Position numbers and translations under genes: made by a program. Shown here one piece after another: positions 11,001 to 20,130 of a stretch of 64,000 nucleotides of DNA (its first letter is position 1; each line of letters opens with the position of its first letter). Below the pieces are notes generated by a model that ran no database searches, was not told the origin of the DNA, and was given only the letters and a program-made list of their open reading frames with translations. Origin of the DNA: an uncultured Pelagibacteraceae bacterium (GTDB lineage: Bacteria; Pseudomonadota; Alphaproteobacteria; Pelagibacterales; Pelagibacteraceae); contig CACDWD010000001.1 in assembly GCA_902556285.1 (NCBI GenBank), positions 31-64,030 of the forward strand, given 5' to 3'.

Positions 11001-11417
11001 ATGTCTTTAAAAGGAAGTAAAACAGAAGAAAACTTAAAAGCAGCATTCGCTGGTGAAAGTCAAGCAAATAGAAGATATCTTTATTTTGCACAAAAAGCGG
11101 ACATCGAAGGTTACAATGATGTAGCTACAGTTTTTAGATCAACAGCAGAAGGTGAAACTGGTCACGCTCATGGTCATTTAGAATACTTAGAACAAGTTGG
11201 TGACCCAGCAACAGGAAAACCAATTGGTGAAACTAAAGCTAACTTAGCTTCAGCTATCGAAGGTGAAACTCATGAGTACACAGATATGTACCCTGGTATG
11301 GCTAAGACTGCTAGAGAAGAAGGCTTTGAAGAAATCGCAGATTGGTTTGAAACTTTAGCTAAAGCTGAAAAATCACACGCTGGTAAATTCCAAAAAACTT
11401 TAGAGTCTATTAGCTAA
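11001..11417 (+). CDS. rbr: Rubrerythrin family protein (short form, no rubredoxin domain)
   Basis: [41 protein letters not shown] di-iron motifs; AAGGAG RBS. Confidence 0.92.
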   Translation: MSLKGSKTEENLKAAFAGESQANRRYLYFAQKADIEGYNDVATVFRSTAEGETGHAHGHLEYLEQVGDPATGKPIGETKANLASAIEGETHEYTDMYPGMAKTAREEGFEEIADWFETLAKAEKSHAGKFQKTLESIS

Positions 11418-11426
11418 TCAAATTTC

Positions 11427-11451
11427 TTAGTGGGCGTTTAACGCCCACTAA
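11427..11451. other. Perfect 11-bp stem-loop downstream of rbr
   Basis: TTAGTGGGCGT-TTA-ACGCCCACTAA; no 3' U-tract on either strand. Confidence 0.75.
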
Positions 11452-11479
11452 AAACAATTCAAATTTAAAATTTTATAAA

Positions 11480-11578
11480 ATGGTAGAGCAAATTGTACAA
11501 ATACTTAAGGATTGGTTTAATGAACCGGTTGTTCTGGTTTCTTTATCATTAATTATTATTTCTAACTTAGTCATATGA
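11480..11578 (+). CDS. Putative 32-aa membrane microprotein (not in ORF track)
   Basis: MVEQIVQILKDWFNEPVVLVSLSLIIISNLVI*; hydrophobic C-terminal half; TGA overlaps the next ATG (ATGA). Confidence 0.5.
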   Translation: MVEQIVQILKDWFNEPVVLVSLSLIIISNLVI

Positions 11579-12906
11579 GCAAAGAAGGAAGTTTAGGTGC
11601 ACCTATAAGACATCCTATAGATTTTGAGCATCCTGATTTTTTAAATCCTGAAAAGCTAGACTCTGAAATGAGAAGAGTTTTTGATATTTGTCACGGATGC
11701 CGAAGATGCTTTAATCTTTGCGATTCATTTCCAAAGCTATTTGACATGATTGATGAGTCTAAAAATGAAGATGTTGAAAGCTTATCTAGCGATCAATTTG
11801 CCCCTGTTGTTGATGCATGTACATTGTGCGATATGTGCTTCATGACCAAATGCCCATATGTTCCACCTCATGATTTTGATCTTGATTTTCCACACTTAAT
11901 GCTTCGATACAGAACAGCTCAAAAAAAATTAGGTAAATTACCAAGTGTACCAACACAATTAGCTCAAATAGACCGAAATGCTAAAATTGGTGTTATGTTC
12001 TCTAAAATAGTCAATTGGGCCTCAAATATTAAAAATAAATTAATTAGAAAAATCTTAGAATTTATTACTGGAATAGATAAAAGAGTTCAGTTACCAAAAT
12101 ATAACTCAGAAACGTTTTCAAATTTTTTCAAAAAAAATAAAGATAAGATAAATTATCAAACACCTTCTAAAGATAGAAAAGTTGTTATCTATTCAACTTG
12201 TTTTGTTAATTTTAATAAAAAAAATACTGGTGTTGCTGCCTTAAAAGTTTTGAAAAAAAATGGTGTAGAGGTTCAGGAGGCTTACCCTGGTTGTTGTGGG
12301 ATGCCATTCCTAGAGCAAGCAGATCTGCCAAAAGTTGTCGAACAAGCAAAAAATGTTTCTAAGGATTTAATCGAATGGATTGATAAAGGATATAAAGTAA
12401 TAACATTAACAGCAAGTTGTGGGTTGATGTTAAAATTTGAGTGGCCTTTGTTATTACCAAACGATGAAAAAATAAAAAAATTATCTGCAAATGTTATGGA
12501 TATTGATGAGTACGTCGTGGATATTGCAAACAATGAGGGATTAGCAGAAGGATTAAATGAGATTGATGGAGGTGTAACTGTACATCATGCTTGTCATGCT
12601 AGGGCACAGAACATGGGTATCAAAGCAAGAGATATGTTAAAATTAATACCAAATGTTAAAATTGATGTAGTTGAAAGATGCGCGGGTCATGGAGGAACTT
12701 TTGGAGTAATGAAAGAAACTCATGATTTAGCAAATAAAGTTGGAAGACCTACAGCTAGACAAATAAAAACTAAAAATAATAAGTATATGGCTTCTGATTG
12801 TCCTTTAGCTGGTAAACATTTAAAACAATTAGAAGTTGATACAAACATATCTAATGATGAGGCACTACATCCTATCGAATTGATTGCAAAAAGTTATAAC
12901 TTATGA
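11575..12906 (+). CDS. Rubrerythrin-associated Fe-S oxidoreductase (GlpC/HdrD-like, 4Fe-4S plus CCG domains)
   Basis: CHGCRRCFNLC, CTLCDMC...CP, CCG and CAG motifs. Confidence 0.85.
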   Translation: MSKEGSLGAPIRHPIDFEHPDFLNPEKLDSEMRRVFDICHGCRRCFNLCDSFPKLFDMIDESKNEDVESLSSDQFAPVVDACTLCDMCFMTKCPYVPPHDFDLDFPHLMLRYRTAQKKLGKLPSVPTQLAQIDRNAKIGVMFSKIVNWASNIKNKLIRKILEFITGIDKRVQLPKYNSETFSNFFKKNKDKINYQTPSKDRKVVIYSTCFVNFNKKNTGVAALKVLKKNGVEVQEAYPGCCGMPFLEQADLPKVVEQAKNVSKDLIEWIDKGYKVITLTASCGLMLKFEWPLLLPNDEKIKKLSANVMDIDEYVVDIANNEGLAEGLNEIDGGVTVHHACHARAQNMGIKARDMLKLIPNVKIDVVERCAGHGGTFGVMKETHDLANKVGRPTARQIKTKNNKYMASDCPLAGKHLKQLEVDTNISNDEALHPIELIAKSYNL

Positions 12907-13502
12907 TCATGCCGAGAGAAAAAAGAGAAATTCAAAAAGAAGACATCATTCCTTTAGATGTTTATACAGAAAAGAGACGTGAATTAAGAAAAAACATTGT
13001 TGATTATAAAAAAAATAGAAGAGTTGCTTTAGGTCCTTATGCCACTTTTTATTTTGAAAGTTATGAAACAATGTTAGCCCAAGTACAAGAAATGTTGTAT
13101 ATTGAAAAAGGTGGTGACGAGCAACTTCATGATGAGTTATCTGCGTACAATCCTTTAATACCTAACGGCAAAGAACTAACTGCAACTTTAATGTTTGAAA
13201 TAGATAATCCTATTTCAAGGGCTGCGTTTCTTGGAAAAGTTGGTGGAATAGAAGAAACAGTATTTATGAAAATAGATGGTGAGAAAATTAAAGCAGTTCC
13301 AGAAGAAGATGTTGATAGAACCTCTGCTGAGGGAAAAGCTTCTTCAGTACAGTTTATTCATTTTAATTTTACTGATGATCAAATAGAAAAATTTCAATCT
13401 AATAGCTCAGAAATTGAGCTTGGAATTGATCACAAAGAATATTCTCATAGCACAAGATTATCTGAAGAAAATATAGCCTCTTTATCTACTGATTTTAGTT
13501 AA
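12903..13502 (+). CDS. DUF3501-like protein
   Basis: QVQEMLYIEK, YNPLIP, ATLMFEI, KASSVQF; third member of the known rbr/Fe-S oxidoreductase/DUF3501 cluster. Confidence 0.75.
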   Translation: MIMPREKREIQKEDIIPLDVYTEKRRELRKNIVDYKKNRRVALGPYATFYFESYETMLAQVQEMLYIEKGGDEQLHDELSAYNPLIPNGKELTATLMFEIDNPISRAAFLGKVGGIEETVFMKIDGEKIKAVPEEDVDRTSAEGKASSVQFIHFNFTDDQIEKFQSNSSEIELGIDHKEYSHSTRLSEENIASLSTDFS

Positions 13503-13948
13503 TATAGTCCCCAAATATTATCTGTTTTAATCCAACCTTCAAACTCTTCTGATGTAATTTTGCACCAATTTTGTTCACATTTTTCTATAATTAATAATCT
13601 TCCCTCTTTTATTTGAGCAATTGGTTTAGCAAAAGATGTAGGTTTTTTAAATAAAACTTTATCTTTCGTGGCTATTACAGAATTATTTTTTTTTAATTGA
13701 GAGATATGAATCCACCCACTGTTATTTTTTAAATCTATAATTCGCCTGAAATTTTCTTTTTCATCAATTTGTTTTAATGGAAGATTTATTTTTTTATAAA
13801 CGTATTTAATATCAGATTCAAAACTTGGCCCGTAGCGAACATTTACTTTATTTTTTTTAAGAGATACAAAAATTTCATCAGCAACCGAAATGTGAGTAAA
13901 AAATAATAAAAAAAATACTATATAAATTTTTTTTACTTTTAATTGCAT
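13499..13948 (-). CDS. Exported bacterial SH3-domain protein
   Basis: Signal peptide; VNVRYGPS, GWIH..L and GWIK SH3-like repeats. Confidence 0.8.
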   Translation of the reverse strand: MQLKVKKIYIVFFLLFFTHISVADEIFVSLKKNKVNVRYGPSFESDIKYVYKKINLPLKQIDEKENFRRIIDLKNNSGWIHISQLKKNNSVIATKDKVLFKKPTSFAKPIAQIKEGRLLIIEKCEQNWCKITSEEFEGWIKTDNIWGLY

Positions 13949-14694
13949 AGACATTTTTTTCTCTTATTAATTTTTGCTTTTCTGAAATTTAAATTTAATA
14001 GATCTAGAATTAGAATGTATCCATTTAAATTTTGTCCAATATTTAATATTTTTTTCAAAACTTCATTTGCCTGTAATGTACCTATTGTGCCTGCAACAGT
14101 TCCTAAAATTCCCTCATATTCACAATTTAAAATTTCATCAGATATTGTGTCTTCTTGATAAAAACATCTCAAGCAAGGATCTTTTTTGTTGGTAAAATTA
14201 AAAGTAAAAATGTGTCCATCAAACTTACTTATAGCACCAGTGACTAGAAATTTTTTATATTTTAGACTTAAATCATTTATTAAAAATTTACTTTCAAAGT
14301 TATCAGTCCCATCAACAATATAGTCATAATTTTTAATAATTTTTTCAAATGTATTTTTATTTAATTTTAAATTAAAAATATTTATTTTTGTCTTTGGATT
14401 AATTTTATTTAATTTTTTTTTTGCAATCTTTACTTTTAATTGATTTATATCTTTTTCATTATACAGACTTTGTCTGTGGATATTAGAGAGACTTACAGTA
14501 TCATGATCTGCAATCCCAAGTGTACCAATACCCGATCTAGTTAAAAATTCTGCTACTGAGCAACCTAGACCACCCATACCAACTATCAAGACTTTTGAAG
14601 ATAAAATTTTTTTTTGACCTATGGCCCCAATATTTTTAAGAATTATTTGCCTTGAGAATTTCTCTATTTCTTTTTTGTTTAAATTTTTGCTCAT
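13939..14694 (-). CDS. HesA/MoeB/ThiF family adenylyltransferase
   Basis: FSRQIIL, GMGGLG, SNIHRQ, DGTDNF, PCLRCFY. Confidence 0.9.
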   Translation of the reverse strand: MSKNLNKKEIEKFSRQIILKNIGAIGQKKILSSKVLIVGMGGLGCSVAEFLTRSGIGTLGIADHDTVSLSNIHRQSLYNEKDINQLKVKIAKKKLNKINPKTKINIFNLKLNKNTFEKIIKNYDYIVDGTDNFESKFLINDLSLKYKKFLVTGAISKFDGHIFTFNFTNKKDPCLRCFYQEDTISDEILNCEYEGILGTVAGTIGTLQANEVLKKILNIGQNLNGYILILDLLNLNFRKAKINKRKKCLCN

Positions 14695-15128
14695 TTTCCT
14701 GTTGAGCCAAACCCACCCTCTCCTCTAATTGTTTCTGGTAGATCATCAGTTTCCTCAAGATCCATTTTAATTACAGGAGTTAAAATCATTTGTGCTATTC
14801 TATCCTTATTATTTATCAAGAAATCATTTTTCCCGTGATTAAAAAGGATTACTTTTATTTCTCCCCTGTAATCACTATCAATAGTTCCAGGTGTATTTAA
14901 AACACTTATACTGTTTTTTGCAGCTAAACCAGATCTTGGCCTTATTTGGATTTCGAAATCAGTTGAAAATGCAACAGCAAGCCCTGTTGGAACTAAACAT
15001 GATGAGTTTGGTTTAAGATTGATGGGTTCTTTTACTAATGCCATTAAATCCATGCCAGATGCACCTTCTGTTTTGTAAGCCGGTAATTCAACCGCAGGGT
15101 CTAACTTTTTGATAAGAACTTTTGCCAT
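14691..15128 (-). CDS. dut: dUTP diphosphatase
   Basis: SGMDL, RPRSGLA, GTIDSDYRGE, RGEGGFGSTG. Confidence 0.98.
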   Translation of the reverse strand: MAKVLIKKLDPAVELPAYKTEGASGMDLMALVKEPINLKPNSSCLVPTGLAVAFSTDFEIQIRPRSGLAAKNSISVLNTPGTIDSDYRGEIKVILFNHGKNDFLINNKDRIAQMILTPVIKMDLEETDDLPETIRGEGGFGSTGK

Positions 15129-16333
15129 TAATTTAATTGATCAATTATTCTATCAACTATTTCATCAGAAATTCCAGATTTTTTTTTATATGAAAGTTTT
15201 TCTTTTTTAACGTCTTTGTTTTTATAATGAATTGTTACCTCATTATAATCAGAATTAAATCCTATATCTTTATTTGATACATCATTAGAAATTATCCAGT
15301 CACAATTTTTCTTATTTAATTTTTTCTCTGCATTTTTATCGATCTGATTAGTTTCTGCTGCAAATCCTATTACAAGTTCAGGTCTCATAGAGTTATGGTT
15401 AGACACATAATGAAGTATGTCTACATTCTTTTCTAAATTTAAGTTTAAGTTCTCTTGTTTTTTAATTTTATTTTCATACTTTTTGTTAATCTTAAAATCA
15501 GCTACCGCAGCAGAAAAAATTGCTACATCAACAGGTAAATTTTCTTGAGTAGCAACTAACATTTCATCTGCTGTTTCAACTTTTATAAGATTAATATCTT
15601 TAGTTACTTCAAGATTAGTTGGACCTGATATTAATGTTGTATCAAAACCTTTTTTGGATAATGATTTTGCTAATTCATATCCTTGTTTGCCACTTGATTT
15701 ATTTGTAATAAAACGAACTGGATCTATGTACTCATTAGTTGGACCTGCTGTAACTAATGCTTTAAATTTTTTATTATTTTTTTGAGTTAAGAAATATTTA
15801 TCAACTTCTTCAGCAATTACTGATGGATCTGACATTTTACCCTCGCCATATTCACCACATGCCATATCACCAACATCTGGACCTATTAGTTTATATCCAA
15901 ACCCTTTTAATTTTTTTATATTTGTTTTAGTAGTTGGATGCTCCCACATTCTTACATTCATTGCTGGTGCTAAAATAATGTCTTTATCTGATGCCAAAAC
16001 AACAGTGGATGCTAAATCATCAGTTGTTCCTTGAGCCAGTTTCGAAATTGTATTTGCCGTTGCAGGTGCAATTACAATTATATCTGCCCATCTTGAAAGT
16101 GAAATATGATCCATTTCAGCCTCATTTTCTACACTAAATAAATCACTATAAACCTTACCTTGAGAAAGTGATGTTATTGAAAGCGGAGTTACAAACTCTT
16201 TTGCACTTGTTGTAAGAATTGTCTTTATTTCTGCACCATTCTTTTTAAAAAGCCTAATTGTTTCAAGACTTTTATAAGCAGATATTCCTCCACAGATAAT
16301 AAATAGTATTTTTTTATTTAACAAATTTTTCAT
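15128..16333 (-). CDS. coaBC: Phosphopantothenoylcysteine decarboxylase/ligase
   Basis: GGISAYK, APATAN, PAMN..MW, TAGPT.E.IDPVRFITNKSSGKQG, GFAAET. Confidence 0.96.
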   Translation of the reverse strand: MKNLLNKKILFIICGGISAYKSLETIRLFKKNGAEIKTILTTSAKEFVTPLSITSLSQGKVYSDLFSVENEAEMDHISLSRWADIIVIAPATANTISKLAQGTTDDLASTVVLASDKDIILAPAMNVRMWEHPTTKTNIKKLKGFGYKLIGPDVGDMACGEYGEGKMSDPSVIAEEVDKYFLTQKNNKKFKALVTAGPTNEYIDPVRFITNKSSGKQGYELAKSLSKKGFDTTLISGPTNLEVTKDINLIKVETADEMLVATQENLPVDVAIFSAAVADFKINKKYENKIKKQENLNLNLEKNVDILHYVSNHNSMRPELVIGFAAETNQIDKNAEKKLNKKNCDWIISNDVSNKDIGFNSDYNEVTIHYKNKDVKKEKLSYKKKSGISDEIVDRIIDQLN

Positions 16334-16341
16334 CTGCAGAA

Positions 16342-17910
16342 TTAAAATACTATAAGGCCAAAAATTACAAGAAGTAATAAACCAATAATAGACTGATTTC
16401 TAAATGCTATCATTTCTGATTTCTTATCATTCAGAGCGGTGTAAGAATTTGAATTTTGTGGAATTTGACCACTAGCTAAAAACGTTAATGCTTGATTTGC
16501 TTTATCCATAATCTCAGGAAATTCTGGTAAACGTTTAATCACTTCAGATGTATTTTTTAAAGTTTCATTTAAATTATTAATTGGATCTTTGGTTTCTTTA
16601 AGCCAATTTTCTAGTACAGGCTTAGAAGTTGTCCAAATATTTGTGTTTGGATTTAATTTTCTTGCTACACCTTCAACAACAACCATAGTTTTTTGCAACA
16701 TTAATAATTGAGGTTGAGTTTGCATATTAAACTTTTCTGTTACATCAAACAATTGTTTGAGTAATTTACCTCCTGAAATATCTTTTACTTCTTGACCAAA
16801 TATAGGTTCACCAATAGATCTCAAAGCTTGAGCTAGATCATCGATTGGCACTTCTTTAGGAACTAATCCAGCAACCAAATGAACTTCAGCTACTTTGCGA
16901 TAATCTCTTTGAATAAATCCAAATAAAATTTCTGCTAAAAACCTTTTACTAAGTTTATCTAATCTACCCATAATCCCAAAATCTATAGGGACAATCTGGC
17001 CACTATTATCAACAAAAATATTTCCTTGATGCATGTCTGCATGAAAAAAACCATCTCTTACAGCATGTCTCAAAAAATGTTGGATAATATCTTCAGCTAT
17101 TTTATTAGTATCTAAATTTCTTTTCTTAAGCTCCTCAGCTTCTCTTATTGAAATTCCATCTATCCAATCCAAAGTCATTACATTTTCACTAGTAAAATTC
17201 CAATAAATCTCAGGAACTTTAAATCCAGCATCATTTTTTGTATTTTCTGCATATTCATTTGCTGCAGCAGCTTCGAATCTTAAATCCATTTCAAGATTAG
17301 TTATTTCTTTAAGTAAAAAAACAACTTCAACAAGTTTTAATCTTTTTGTTTTTTTTACAAATGACTCAATAATAAACGCAAATAACATCATCGCATCTAT
17401 TTCTTCATTGAATATTTTTTTTATATTTGGTCTTAAAATTTTTATTGCTACATCTTTAATAGTTCCATTGTCATTTATTTTTGCTTTATGAACTTGTGCA
17501 ATCGAAGCAGCAGCAACTGGTTCACTTAAATCAATTATAGAATTAAACGCATCGATGCCGAGATCTTCTTTAATAATTTCTTTTGCTTCATGAATTGAAA
17601 AAGGGGGCAATCGATCTTGAAGTTTTTCTAGCTTTAAAGATAATTCTTCTCCAATTATATCAGGTCTAGTAGCAAGAAATTGTCCAAGTTTGATGAAAGT
17701 TGTACCCATAGATTCTAATGACCTAGATAGTCTTTCTCCATCATCTTCAATTAAATTATTTTGTTCCTTTTTTTCAAATGAAATGGATAAAATTTGGAAC
17801 AATATTTTTATAGCTAAAGGAGGTTTTTTAAATTTTGATGCAATTTTTAAAATATCTGATTTTGCAATTTTTCTTCCTAATTTAAATAAAGTAATAAGTT
17901 TTTTAATCAT
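16342..17910 (-). CDS. ubiB: Ubiquinone biosynthesis kinase-like protein UbiB
   Basis: FIKLGQFLATRPD, AAASIAQVH, FFHADMHQGN, DFGIMG; start at MIKKL overlaps ubiE stop. Confidence 0.95.
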   Translation of the reverse strand: MIKKLITLFKLGRKIAKSDILKIASKFKKPPLAIKILFQILSISFEKKEQNNLIEDDGERLSRSLESMGTTFIKLGQFLATRPDIIGEELSLKLEKLQDRLPPFSIHEAKEIIKEDLGIDAFNSIIDLSEPVAAASIAQVHKAKINDNGTIKDVAIKILRPNIKKIFNEEIDAMMLFAFIIESFVKKTKRLKLVEVVFLLKEITNLEMDLRFEAAAANEYAENTKNDAGFKVPEIYWNFTSENVMTLDWIDGISIREAEELKKRNLDTNKIAEDIIQHFLRHAVRDGFFHADMHQGNIFVDNSGQIVPIDFGIMGRLDKLSKRFLAEILFGFIQRDYRKVAEVHLVAGLVPKEVPIDDLAQALRSIGEPIFGQEVKDISGGKLLKQLFDVTEKFNMQTQPQLLMLQKTMVVVEGVARKLNPNTNIWTTSKPVLENWLKETKDPINNLNETLKNTSEVIKRLPEFPEIMDKANQALTFLASGQIPQNSNSYTALNDKKSEMIAFRNQSIIGLLLLVIFGLIVF

Positions 17911-18614
17911 TAAATTTTCCAACCACTATGAATTGAAACAATACCACCAGAGAGATTTCTATAAGAACATTTATGAAAATTATTTTTTTCCATTAACTCT
18001 ATTAATTCATCTTGATTAATAAATTGTTCAATACTTTTGATTAAATATTCGTAAGGTTCTTTTTCTCCAACTACAAACTGACCAATAATAGGAATAAGTT
18101 TTGAATAATTTTTATATGCCAAATCAAGATTTGAATTTTGAATCTTAGAAAATTCCAGACATAGATAGCGTCCGCCAGGCTTTAAAACTCTATAAGCTTC
18201 TGAAAGTGCTTTATTTAAATTTTTTGTATTTCTTAGCCCAAAGCTAATAGTGTAATAATCAAATGAATTGTCTTTTATTGGTAATTTTTCTGCTGGAGAA
18301 ATAACCCATTTTACATTTTTGTAATTAGATAATTTTTGTTTTCCTTGGCTAACCATTCCTTTATTAGGATCTACACAAGTAATTTCAGCCTCTTTATTTG
18401 TGCTATCTAAAAATAACTTTCCAACATCCCCTGTCCCACATGCAACATCTATTAATTTTCTACTAACTCTCGGACTCATCATATTGATTAAACTTTTTTT
18501 CCAATATCTATGTACACCCATAGACATAAAGTCATTCATCAAGTCATATTTGTTGTAGACCTGATTAAATACATTTTCTACAAGTCCTTTTTTATTTTGA
18601 AGATTTTGTTGCAT
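17910..18614 (-). CDS. ubiE: Ubiquinone/menaquinone C-methyltransferase UbiE
   Basis: YDLMNDFMSMGVHR.WK, DVACGTGD, ISFGLRN, RVLKPGG. Confidence 0.95.
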   Translation of the reverse strand: MQQNLQNKKGLVENVFNQVYNKYDLMNDFMSMGVHRYWKKSLINMMSPRVSRKLIDVACGTGDVGKLFLDSTNKEAEITCVDPNKGMVSQGKQKLSNYKNVKWVISPAEKLPIKDNSFDYYTISFGLRNTKNLNKALSEAYRVLKPGGRYLCLEFSKIQNSNLDLAYKNYSKLIPIIGQFVVGEKEPYEYLIKSIEQFINQDELIELMEKNNFHKCSYRNLSGGIVSIHSGWKI

Positions 18615-18643
18615 AAAAAAATATATACTGAATATAGTATCAA

Positions 18644-19507
18644 ATGCCAGAATTACCAGAAGTAGAAATTGTTAGACAATCCCTTCATAAAAAGATCAAA
18701 AAAAAAAGCATAAAAAAAGTAATAATTAGAAATAGGAATTTAAGATTTAAAATACCAAGTGATTTTGAAAGTTTTCTTAAAAATAAAAAAATAATTGAAG
18801 TTAGTAGATTTTCTAAATATTTGATAATCCATTTTCAGAATGAAGATTATTGCTTAATTCACTTAGGAATGTCGGGAACAATCCATATTCTTGATAACAA
18901 AAAGCCTCTAAAATTTACGAATACTAGTTTTTATCATTCACCTTTTTTACCTAAAAAACACAATCATGCAGAATTTGTATTTGATAGCTTGAAAGTAATT
19001 TATAATGATCCAAGACGCTTTGGATTTTTCGAAATAATCAAAAATCATCAAGATTTAAAAAAAAGATTTAAATTAATGGGACCTGAACCCTTTAGCGATA
19101 AATTTAACTTAAATTATTTAGTTAATTATTTTAAGAATAAAAATAAGGATATAAAAAGTTTCTTACTTGACCAGAGATTTGTGTCTGGGATAGGTAATAT
19201 TTATGCAAGTGAAATTCTTTTCGCTAGTAAAATAAATCCATTTAAAAAGGCAAAAAGACTTAATAAAAATGAATGTTTAAGTATTATTTTAAATTCTAAG
19301 AAAATTCTTCAACAAGCAATTAATAAGGGAGGTTCAAGCATAAGAGATTTTAAAGATATCTTAGGTAATAAAGGTAATTTTCAAAAGGAGTTTAAAGTTT
19401 ATCAGCAAGACGGAGCTAATTGTAAGCGCACGAAGTGCAAAGGTATTATAAAAAAAAAAATAACATCAAATAGATCAACTTTTTTTTGTGTTTCCTGTCA
19501 AAAATAG
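18644..19507 (+). CDS. mutM: Formamidopyrimidine-DNA glycosylase
   Basis: MPELPEVE start, HLGMSG, DPRRFG, GIGNIYASE, C-terminal zinc finger. Confidence 0.97.
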   Translation: MPELPEVEIVRQSLHKKIKKKSIKKVIIRNRNLRFKIPSDFESFLKNKKIIEVSRFSKYLIIHFQNEDYCLIHLGMSGTIHILDNKKPLKFTNTSFYHSPFLPKKHNHAEFVFDSLKVIYNDPRRFGFFEIIKNHQDLKKRFKLMGPEPFSDKFNLNYLVNYFKNKNKDIKSFLLDQRFVSGIGNIYASEILFASKINPFKKAKRLNKNECLSIILNSKKILQQAINKGGSSIRDFKDILGNKGNFQKEFKVYQQDGANCKRTKCKGIIKKKITSNRSTFFCVSCQK

Positions 19508-19557
19508 TTAAATATTTAGTTGACCACTATAAATTCTCAAGCTATACCCCTGCGCAG

Positions 19558-19818
19558 ATGGCAAACACAAAATCAGCAATTAAGAGAATTAGAAGAATTT
19601 CTAAACAAACAGTGGTAAATAAAGCTAGAAAGAGTAGGTTTAGAAACGCTCTTAAGAAAATGAACCTTCTAATTGATAATAAGAAGAAAGATGAAGCTCT
19701 AAAATTTTTACCAAAGTTAAACTCTGAGTTGATGAAAATTGCTAAAACAGGAATAATAAAAAAGCAAAATGCTTCTAGAAACGTTTCTAGAATTACAAAA
19801 AAAATAGCTGCAATCTAA
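19558..19818 (+). CDS. rpsT: 30S ribosomal protein S20
   Basis: MANTKSAIKR.R...N..RKSR; start at ATG 19558, with TTGACC-N17-TATACC just upstream. Confidence 0.95.
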   Translation: MANTKSAIKRIRRISKQTVVNKARKSRFRNALKKMNLLIDNKKKDEALKFLPKLNSELMKIAKTGIIKKQNASRNVSRITKKIAAI

Positions 19819-19920
19819 ACGTTAGCTAAATTTTTAAACAACTTCTGATATCTACATTATATATTTAATATTTGTTTTAAGTTACTATATTTAGATTTAG
19901 TAAATATTTGGATTATAGTC

Positions 19921-19992
19921 ATTCAATCTATGTTTGATTCAATTTTAATTCAATCAATTTATTGATTCAATCTATATTTGATTCAATTTTAA
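19921..19992 (+). repeat. 28-bp direct repeat (2 copies, 1 mismatch) with GANTC sites upstream of dnaA
   Basis: ATTCAATCTATGTTTGATTCAATTTTAA (19921-19948) and ATTCAATCTATATTTGATTCAATTTTAA (19965-19992). Confidence 0.85.
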
Positions 19993-20130
19993 ATTTTAAT
20001 TTTAAATCTAAACTAAAATTTATCTGCAACATTATAAATCACAATCATAGATTTTATTTTTTTTTTATTTTTCTTATTAACTTGTTGCAAATTTTTTTAA
20101 ATCGTTCTAACTGAGACTTCCCCTTGAGTT

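Noticed and set aside
19921-19992. 28-bp repeats as a CRISPR array
   Set aside because: Only two copies, a 16-bp spacer made of the same motif, and no cas genes in the window
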